A DNA stretch of 64,000 nt, from NCBI GenBank assembly GCA_020137815.1, contig CM035352.1:6882001-6946000 (forward strand), in the 5' to 3' direction. Under the pieces are notes generated by a model that worked only from the letters and a program-made list of their open reading frames with translations, did not search any database and had not been told where the DNA came from. Shown here in pieces: positions 54,484-64,000 of the stretch; the stretch's first letter is position 1, and every line of letters begins with the position of its first letter. The DNA comes from Hormiphora californensis. Taxonomy: Eukaryota > Animalia > Ctenophora. The position numbers and the translations under genes were made by a program.

Positions 54484-56249
54484 ATGACAAAATTTAGCGA
54501 TATGGATTTTACGAGCGGGTTGTGCAATGAAACAGGTGACGTAGACCTAAGAAAAGCGGTACAGCTGTCTACGATAGAGGCATCTTATTATTTAAGGATG
54601 ACCGATTAAAAACATTCGTCAATGCACTGGTTGAAGTAGAGAGTTCCAAGGGTTTGGGATCCAGAGCCATGCACACCGTTCTCAAAGTCTCCGTACCAAA
54701 GGATGAGTTCGAATTGTTAGTTGAAAACAATCCTTTTGCAAAGGATGTTCTCACCAACTCACTTGTCATTCCCGATTTCCAGACTTTTCCCGTGAAGTCG
54801 AGAGTGCCTTCCTTGCAGAAGCAGAGGAACGGTCCGGTGAAATAACGACTTACATCCCGGACTCTCAAAATACTCGCTGGATAATTGGGCCATTTCATTT
54901 TGCTCTGCGGACGGTCAAGTGATGGCACTGGGTGACTACAGGAGAGGTTCACTATTCAAAGTTGTACCAAGCCCCTTCTTTACGGCATTGCTTGTGACAT
55001 GGTTGGTATTGGTAAGGTACACAAACATGTTGGGAAGGAGCCAAGTGGGTTTGGTTTCAATAAGATAGCCCTGGGACACGGTGACAAACCCCACAACCCT
55101 CTATTACATCGGGGCAATCACGGTGGCCAGCCTTGTTAGACCAGAGGAGAATAGTTCGGAAAGATTCGAAACATGTTACAGTAAATACAACGCACTGGCA
55201 GCGGGTATCAGGACTCGTAGTCTTTCCTTCAATAATGCAGTCTACCTCTCAGAACGGGAGAGCGGTCACCGAACTACGCCATCGGTCACTACTTGGTGAA
55301 TAAAGGATGTATCGAGGGGACGACCAGCCGTCTGACTGAAATTCTCGAGTTGTATTTTCAGTTGTGCTCTATCGAGGCTGATGTAAGAGCCGTGAGTGTT
55401 ATGGGAGCCACCCTTGCAAACGGAGGGAAAAACGTCTTCACAGGTACATATATATATTGAACACATATGAACACATACATTGAACAACTAATTTATAGAA
55501 ATGATGTTACTTATTATGTGCGATTGTATCAATCTTTACCCCCAGACAATGAACATACCTGTTTAAATCTATACCCCCCCCCCCCCCCCCCCAGGCGAGA
55601 GAGTTCTATCGGAGGCGAGCACACGAAACATGTTATCCCTTATGTTTAGTTGTGGCATGTACGATTATAGTGGCCAATGGGCCTTTGAAGTGGGACTACC
55701 TGCTAAATCTGGCGTCTCAGGTACGTATCAACTGTTACTCCTTGCAGGTTGCAGGTTTTAGTAATGCCAGCACATCTCATCGTCACCTCTTTGCACCGCT
55801 GTTAGTGTAGGGGTGACTGCAGTAGGTTGCAGCAGTGAGTTGTAACTATGTATTGTATCTGAATAATGCGGCTAACATTACACAGCTAGTCGATAATTAT
55901 CTTGTACATCCAAAACTTTGAGTAAATAAAGTTGAGCAGTGAGCTAATTAATTAATTAATACTTTGTGTCAGGGGTAATAATGGCAGTTCTACCGAATGT
56001 GGGTAGTTTCGCCATGTGGTCCCCACCCTGGATACATACGGAAACAGTGTTCGAGGAGTTAACTTCACCCGACGAATCTTGGCTTCGGGAAGAGGGCACC
56101 TGAGGCACCCATTTAGCACGAATCTTACACGGAGGTCATATCACACTGGATCATATCACACCGGGTCATATCAAACTGGGTCACGTTTCAGTGGAAGGGA
56201 AGTTGCTGTACGAGCAGCCCTCTCCCTGGTCAGAATGATCAGGAAATAA
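54484..56249 (+). CDS. GLS: Glutaminase (3 coding exons; several single-base frameshifts, probably assembly errors)
   Basis: [98 protein letters not shown]. Confidence 0.9.
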
Positions 56250-56669
56250 TGTTATCATTCCAAGATTTTTTATCGGATTTTTTGTATACATCTAGACTTT
56301 ATCATCAAAAACTGTGTATTATAGCATTTAGTTTTAGAAGAATGAATTTATAAGGGTATTTATTTTGTTATATAATAGTTCTGTGAATTATACTGTATCA
56401 ATGAAACTGAAACTGATTGCTTTTCTAGTCACCCATACAGTCGTCCTTCTTTCGACATCGATCATACTCCCCTCCCCTGTGGCCTCCCGGCTCCCGAACC
56501 CCTAATTCCTAAAACCGATCACCCCTCCCTCCCCCTCCCTCCTAAAACCAACCAACCCTTCCTCTCAGATACCATGTCACCATAACAATGTGATCAGAAG
56601 AATTCGCAACGTTCATCCTATAATTCAACCCCGTGTTTTGTACTTCGTAATTCAACACAGCCACTAAAG

Positions 56670-57935
56670 ATGCTCGGTGGAGGCAATAAACGTCGTCATT
56701 TCCTATCCGACCTTCATTACCGCTGCCAAACCTCCCGTCCCTCCACCTCCCTAACCTCCTACCTCCTTCCCCGCCATTTCTACGTAGTGGAACACTACCC
56801 CAACCAGCTGTACTGCGGTGAATTTACCAGGGATGGGGAGTATTTCCTGGTGGGGTGCAAGAGTGGTGATATCATGACGTACCGGGTGGAGGGGAGCACT
56901 CTGCACCGGTACTGCTCCTACTCCTGCAACAATGTGAATGTGTCAATAATTGACACCAAGGTGTGTCCGAGGAGAGAGAAAATAGCCTACAGTAGCTGGA
57001 ATGGTTATGTGTATCTAGTTGATTTTGCTAATCCTAACTCCATGGAGTGCCCCCTGAGACTGTTAGATCGTGATGACAGGGGTGTTGTTGAGAGCTGGAT
57101 GTGTGCCTTTTCTCTCTCCTTCTCTGGGGATGGCAGGGAACTGATAGCAGGCCTCAGTGGGGGCATGTTTGTTGTGTATGATCTGGAAATGTGTACTGAT
57201 GCAGTTAGGAACCACGAGGCCCATTTAGCTGATGTTAATTGTGTTTCGTTCGCCCATGACAGCAACCATATTATCTACTCAAGTGGTGATGATGGGGTGT
57301 TGAAGATTTGGGATAGGAGGATAATGAACGAGAGGGCTCCCCAGCCTGTTTCAGTGTTTGTGGGGCACAGTCACGGCATCACCCGTCATGACGCGAGGGA
57401 GGATTTGAGGTATCTGATAACGAACAGTAAGGACCAATCAATCAAGATGTGGGATATCAGGAGACCTAGCCCTAAATCTGTTGTCCCACTCGCCCAGAAG
57501 ACCACCCAGATTAACTCTCAGTTCTGGGATTACCGGCAATGCCAAGCAGGTAGGAGATCCGTCGTGGTACGAGAACTAACACACAGGAGATCCCAGTTTG
57601 ATAAAGCTCAACATGATGATTGCGTCCTAACCTTCACCGGACATGCCGTAGCATCAACCCTGATTAGGGCACGGTTCAGCCCTTCGTTTACCACTGGGCA
57701 GAGGTACATCTACACCGGTAGTGCTGATGGTCATTTGTATATGTACGATGTACATAGTGGACAGTTGGTTCTGGATCAGGGAGGTCATATTGGGATTGTG
57801 AGGGATGTTAATTGGCATCCCACAGAACCGATGATACTGACATGCAGTTTTGATAAGACTCTGGGGTGTTATCATTATACGGAGACAGCTAGTTTGTGGG
57901 AAAGTTATATTGATCACGGCAGTTTCTATGTTTAG
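56670..57935 (+). CDS. DCAF11: DDB1- and CUL4-associated factor 11 (WDR23/LEC14B-like WD40), single exon; start uncertain
   Basis: IAYSSW, AHLADVNCVSF, SSGDDGVLKIWDRR, YLITNSKDQSIKMWDIR, WDYR, GHAVASTLIRARFSP.FTTGQRYIYTGS, VRDVNWHP. Confidence 0.92.
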   Translation: MLGGGNKRRHFLSDLHYRCQTSRPSTSLTSYLLPRHFYVVEHYPNQLYCGEFTRDGEYFLVGCKSGDIMTYRVEGSTLHRYCSYSCNNVNVSIIDTKVCPRREKIAYSSWNGYVYLVDFANPNSMECPLRLLDRDDRGVVESWMCAFSLSFSGDGRELIAGLSGGMFVVYDLEMCTDAVRNHEAHLADVNCVSFAHDSNHIIYSSGDDGVLKIWDRRIMNERAPQPVSVFVGHSHGITRHDAREDLRYLITNSKDQSIKMWDIRRPSPKSVVPLAQKTTQINSQFWDYRQCQAGRRSVVVRELTHRRSQFDKAQHDDCVLTFTGHAVASTLIRARFSPSFTTGQRYIYTGSADGHLYMYDVHSGQLVLDQGGHIGIVRDVNWHPTEPMILTCSFDKTLGCYHYTETASLWESYIDHGSFYV

Positions 57936-58464
57936 GAACACGCAACAGTTTCTATGTTTAGGGGCACGCAACACGCAACAGTTTATATGTTTAGGTTATA
58001 ACTGTGATATGTTATTTATCAATAGGTACTACATAATACTTATATTCATTATCATTCTGTTATCACTACGTTTAGTAGTGTCAGCTATATTTGAAACCTA
58101 GGATCCTTATACAATGTATGTCATATCTAACATCTAATATCTGGATCATTGATCCATAATAGATCAAGGCGTGTTATTCTTATCTTATCTTTTTATAATA
58201 TCTGCTCCGTTTCTCTATTATTTATGTCAGCTGACAGTTATTAGTTATGTTTATCATAACCGCTGCTTATATTTGTCTTTTAAAAAGCTTTTACGAAAAA
58301 GTAAATATTTTAAATTTTTATACTCCTTTATGGTAAAATACCTCTCCATATGTAAATTGAAATAAAATCCGAGACCCACCTGAAACCGTGTTTTTGTCTT
58401 CTTCCTAACCCATCTCTAATGCCCCTCTCTAATTTCACCCACATCAACTCTTTTAGCGCTGATC

Positions 58465-59604
58465 ATGACTTTTCGGAGTTACTTCCTTGCTTACTACCCA
58501 CCAGCCATAACAGCGGTGGGCTGCTCAACTCTGTTTGCCTTGTTTCTACTTGGTAATGCAGCCTTCTATTCTGTTAACTCAGCACCGGATCATTCTCCAG
58601 GAACGGACGACTACAACAGGTCAGTCTGGTGGGTGGTATCAAGTGGGGTTTAATACACTGTACAATTACATGCCAATTGCCAGTTTACCCCCCCCCCCCC
58701 CCCCCCCCAATGATTCACCGCTCATCATGCCCAAACCCAAAATTACAATACAGAGTTCTTTTGAACATGTTTAAAAAATCTTGGTCTCACTCTAGTGAAT
58801 GTTTCACTTTGGTGATTTCGTTATCCGAATATGGAGGGCGCGATACTTGCCTCGCTAAGGTGTTGGCGCGTGTTGTAGGGTTGCGCGGCACAATGTATCT
58901 CATCAAGATTATTATCGGCTCCCGTGTGGTTTTATTTCGGTCATATCTCAACCAATTTCACTGCCATTTCACCATATCTCAACCTAATCTCTATCTCCCC
59001 TTTCAGTTTGTTAGCTAACATAAGTAACACGAGCTACTGCAAGACCGACACCCTTCCACCCGTTGATCCCTCCAATTATCTCAGCGTCAACCTTCTCTCC
59101 ACAGCCAATGGGCCTGAGGAAATAATGGGTATCTGGAACATCCACCAAATAACATATCAGACTCCAGTGGGCGCTTATCTGATCACTACCGATGGACGGT
59201 ACAAACAGGTTGGGTGTGAGAAGGGACGGTGTAAGATCAAGAAATGTGTTAATATAAGAGCCCCAGTGGGCCTGTTCCCTAAATACATACTGCCCAATGA
59301 GTCACAATGTGAGATGGTAATGGAGGAGGGAGCGGTTTATGTTACGGTCAACATGACCGAGTGTGCAGATGGAGATAGAAAGGATCTGAAGTTCAAATCT
59401 AAAACTGTGAACAAGTATGCAGCTGCACTTACAAAGGAACGGAAACTTGTGCTAATTGGTAGATTGTGTGAAATTGCACTGTCCCTTCTTGCTTTTAATG
59501 GATGTATTTTCTTGGTTGCACTCTGGAACGGTGTTAAGAATCACCACTTTTCCCTCCGAGATCTATGTCTGGGGGATGGGGGAGAGCAAAGGACTATCAT
59601 CTGA
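58465..59604 (+). CDS. Uncharacterised two-exon membrane protein (N-terminal anchor, Cys-rich ectodomain, C-terminal TM)
   Basis: Exon ~58465-58619 ends at AG|GTCAGT. The second exon ~59010-59604 is a long open frame after CCCTTTCAG/TTAG. Hydrophobic segments at both ends. Confidence 0.5.
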
Positions 59605-59637
59605 CAATCAGAAAGTTGTTCTGGGGATGTTGTGCAG

Positions 59638-60103
59638 CAGGGGTGTAGGAATGATTTTCAAAGTGGAGGGGCGAAGTCACGTGACCAATTAAAGCGCTGG
59701 CCAGCGCCCGGAAATTTTTTTGGGTGCATGATTTAGTCACCTGTACCAGTAAATTGGGCGGAGCGAAAGCGGAGCCCAAGAAAAATTTTAGGTTTTTGAG
59801 CCAAAAAGTCAGTGTTTTCGTCATTTGGGAGTGTTGATTATGGATTTCAAGCTAGCTGTCTTCAATTTTTTCCATTGAGTCGGTGTACAAAGTCTAATTG
59901 AGTCGGATTGTGTGAATGTAAGGGAGGGTCTAATACCCGAAAAAGAGAGCGAAGCGATTGGGATCGGGTTGCCCTATCTGTAATCTGGATTTACTTCAAT
60001 ATCACATACAATGGGCAATTCTGAGAAAAAAGTGAGGGGGCGAACCTGGCGAAAAGTGGGGGGGGCGGCCGCCCCCCTCGCCCCCCCTATTCCTACACCC
60101 CTG
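59638..60103. mobile_element. hAT-type MITE
   Basis: TIR CAGGGGTGTAGGAAT / ATTCCTACACCCCTG, with perfect 8-bp TSD TTGTGCAG. Confidence 0.92.
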
Positions 60104-60751
60104 TTGTGCAGTGTGTAGGGTTTACTAACACTGAAATGTGATGGGGTTTTTTCTGTTTTATTTATCTGGTGACGAGTTTCAGTTTCGAGCTGTTTACTTT
60201 TTAGGAATTGCAGTTGCAAAGTGATAAGCCAAAGTCTAACACTTTCAATTTCGACATTGACATATGAACATCAGTAATCGCATCTCAAATCAAAAACTTT
60301 TCAGCTAATCTAAAGAGTAAACAAGCGGAAGCTGAATCCGTATTGTATGCTAACCTGTGTAAATTTATTATTATGGGGTAATTCTGTAAAACTCTTTGCG
60401 AAATTATAATTTCTCCTTGGCACCTGAATCGCCTTGGTATCAGATTTATATGGTGAGTCGTTAAATTCTACCTGTATACAAGCACCGGGTACATGGGTTG
60501 ACCCCCATCCCGCCCCAACCGAATACTAAGATCAAAACGCTAGGCGGGGTTTGAAATTTCGGCTGGGGCTTGATTTTGATATGGGAATTAGGAATACGGC
60601 AGATTCGAGCCCTAACAGTAACCGGGTATTGCCCTTACTCTCTCCTTCTCTCTCGTCATTTCTCTCTCGCTTTCCTTCTCAGCCTCTCTCCCTATCTATC
60701 TATATGTCAGCCTCTCGCTCGCTCCCTCTTTCTCTCCCGCTCCCTCTCTCG

Positions 60752-60823
<72 letters not shown>

Positions 60824-60874
60824 TTCCCTCTCTCTATCTCTCTATCTCTCTCTAACCCTCCCTCACTCTCAATC

Positions 60875-60921
<47 letters not shown>

Positions 60922-61363
60922 CGCATAAAATCAGATGTAGTAATGCACAGGCGTGACAGTGGTATAAGTTTCACTTGTCCAGCTCCATCACGTGACATGC
61001 TTTGAGAATTACCAACTATTGAAAGTAATACTATTCAAAATACGAGATTGAGAGAGAGAAGATGGGGTGAGAGAGATGGGGGAGAGAGGGAGATAGACAG
61101 AGAGAGATCCCACTTCTAACCTAAGTAGCATGTGTAGGATCAACTACAGCCTGACGATTCCACACATTTACTCAACCTAGTTGCACAACATTTTCCAGCA
61201 GTTTCACTTTCTACAGTTATTTGTGGGCACCTCGTGGGTTGTAGCTACTCCATATACTATCTAGCACCTCGTGATTTGTAGCTACTCAATCAGTTATCAA
61301 CCTAGTCTTTCGTGAGACACTGCCATCTTTCTGCACCTCGTTGAGTAACAACAAGAGAGCGAG

Positions 61364-64000
61364 ATGCCCGGAGGTCATGAGGGATTTGTCACCAAGGGAG
61401 TAGAGGGAGATGAGATTGTAATTACGGGCATGTCAGGACGTTTCCCTGAGTCAGAGAGTCTGCAGGAGCTATGGGAGAACCTCCTTAGTAAGACTGACAT
61501 GATCAAGGTCGATGGTGAGTTTTCCATTAGGGGTTGCTAAGTCGGAATGAATCGCTAGAAATTATTGTTCATTTTATTCATTGGATAATTGTCCACTGAT
61601 ATCTGGAGTTACAGCCCAAACGGTTGAACCACTGAAATTCGCAAGCCACTTTTTGTGACCCTTGTTTTTTAAATCACGGGAATCAGTCCCTAGAACACCC
61701 CAATACACGTGCAAGACTAACCCCTCCTAATCCCCCTTTCTATCTCAGATCGGCGCTGGCCGGTGGGTGTGTTCGATGTTGATACTTTTGGAAAGTTGAA
61801 AGATATTAGCCGGTTCGATAACGAATTCTTCGGGTGGTCCCCCGAGGATAGCAACCAGTGTGCCCCAGATGTAAGAAGTTTGTTTGTTTGTTTGTTTGTT
61901 TGTTTGTTTAGTTGTTTATTTAGTTGTTTATTTAGTTGTTTATTTAGTTGTTTGTTTGTTTAGTTGTTTGTTTGTTTGTTTTTCTCTCCGCGTGCCTATT
62001 CAGTATTCAGATGAACCTGCTCTCCTCTAGATACGAGTAATGCTGGAGGTTGCTTGGGAAGCGATAGCAGACTCAGGGTATGACCCAAATGAACTACGAG
62101 ATACCTCAACTGGGGTTTACATAGGTTAGTGCTTACTGTTGTATATCTCACCACCTTGCTGGGCCTGGGGTTTGCTGGACAATGTATCCTAAAACCGCTT
62201 CCGGTTTAACAATTTATCGCGTGTCCGTGGTATATAGAAGTTCCCATCTTAACCCCCCCCCCCCCTCATTTCCAGGTAACTGTATCATTGAGGCAGGAGA
62301 GGCGCTGACTAACAATGTCTCTAATATCACTGCAACCGGCTTTCTAAACGGACTTCACAGCTCCCTTCCTAACCGGGTTTCACAATTCTTCCGTTTCACT
62401 GGACCTAGTGAGACTCACGATACAGGCTGTTCGGCCTCCCTCTACTCGCTAGGTAGGTTATAAATAGCTGTAACAGTGTAACTGTTGATGAGTATACGGC
62501 ACTGCGGGGTAGCAACACCTCCCATCTAGGTACAGTACTACATACAAACACGGTCCCCCTTATTTCAGATACGGCAGTGATGGCGATGAAGAGGGGAGAT
62601 ATTAGTGCAGCCCTTATAGGAGGGTGCAATCTGAACCTGAAGCCCCAAGCCACCACCGCTCTTCACCGTATGAATATGGTCTCCAGTGGACGGGGGTGTA
62701 GAGTGTATGATAAATCTGCCGATGGGTATAGCAGAGCTGAGTGCATCTCCCTCGTCTTACTACAGGTAAATCATATCATGTTTGCTACTTTGAGTGTTGA
62801 CGTTGCCGTCCTTGCTGACAGTCCGTCCCACGCTAACCGATGACATAGCACCACGGTTTCGTTATTTATCGTCATATTTCAGTGGCGAAGTAAGGCCCGG
62901 AGGATATACGGAAGGATTGTTAACAGTGTAACAAATAATGATGGATTTAAAGAGGAGGGCATCATCTTCCCTGACTCCAACAGCCAGGTAACAACACCAA
63001 AATTCGCATAGAGAAACCTGCTTTCACCTGGTGAAACACATGCAATAGCGCAACTAATCGCCTGGTGGAAGAAGGTTCCTCCGCACGATCTCCCCATCAT
63101 GATATCCACACCAGATGATCCAACTAATCTCCTGCAGATATCCCTGTTAACGGAAGCGTACCAAGGAACATGTGTCAATGTAGGGGACGTGGCATATGTC
63201 GAGGCACATGGTACTGGTACACAGGCTGGTGATACCCAGGAATGTCTCGCTGTGGATTCTTTTTTCTGTTCATCACGTGATCAGGTAGGGAGAGAGCAAG
63301 AGAGAAAACAAAAGCTTGGTGACATTTACACTTCGCGCAACCGAGATTGAGCTCGCACATATTGAGCGAAGCAGAGAGGTAGCAATGGTACCAAAAGAAA
63401 CTTCATAATATCTTCTTTCGTGTATTGGAACAAGTTCTGACAAATATTCTTTCCAGAATGAACCCTTGCTAATTGGTTCAATCAAGTCGAATCTTGGCCA
63501 CGCTGAACCTGCTAGTGGAGTTGCTAGTCTGTGCAAGGTTCTGATGTCCTATACACACGGAGTTATACCGCCCAACATTCATCTTAACGAGATCAACCCT
63601 AAACTGACTGCTGTAGTGGAGGGTAGACTGAAGATAGTGGTATGTTAATTTACTGGGGTTAGGGAAAATTGTATCTTCACCAGAGATAGTTGGGTGATCA
63701 ATACAAATTACAAATTATATTGATTGTGATATATACAAATGAGTGATCCTAAAATATTCAGACGGATGCCACGCCTCTAACTGGAAACGCCCTTGTATCT
63801 TTGAATGCTTTTGGGTTTGGAGGTTCCAACGCCCACGTTATTTTACTGCCCAATGAGAGAGAAGGAGGGGAAGATGTGGGGATTACTGAGGTGTTTGTAG
63901 CTGGGAGGACTGAGCGTGCTGTAGATGGGATCCTGGATATCTGCCAGACTCACCCTACCCCAGGTAACCATGGTGATTAGCTAGACTCACCCAACCCCAG
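61364..64000 (+). CDS. FASN: Type I fatty acid synthase / FAS-like PKS, ketosynthase domain (continues beyond window)
   Basis: [31 protein letters not shown] (catalytic Cys), [51 protein letters not shown]. Confidence 0.88.

Noticed and set aside
50268-64000. Metabolic gene cluster (PPCS for CoA plus FAS plus GLS)
   Set aside because: Genes are separated by unrelated loci and lie on different strands; adjacency alone is not evidence.

Overview
Eukaryotic, intron-rich animal DNA, most likely a pleurobrachiid ctenophore. This rests on my recollection of the interspersed 'QPIRDQYFLIRSVP' repeat, the CAGTCGGACCCCG MITEs and the lineage-style intronless GPCRs; it is an inference, not a database result. 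Recognisable genes are LTN1, PRKN, G-protein beta, POLG (~19 kb, hosting two nested GPCRs and two large inverted-repeat structures), PPCS, glutaminase, DCAF11, an unknown membrane protein and the KS domain of a type I FAS/PKS. Mobile elements include an L2-like LINE split by a clean non-autonomous Helitron, a CRE-like retroelement split by a satellite-bearing TIR element, and several MITEs. The main finding is at 1-8868 (minus strand): a lola/mod(mdg4)-like multi-isoform DNA-binding-protein locus with no recognisable BTB domain. Four common 5' coding exons end in a phase-2 donor. This donor fits three CCDC106-like terminal exons and also a 59-nt phase-2-to-phase-1 adapter exon. The adapter feeds a dense array of at least nine self-terminating zinc-finger exons, eight of which have clean phase-1 acceptors. 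The assembly carries many single-base indels and one corrupted stretch (~22.4-23.3 kb), so individual frameshifts should not be over-read.
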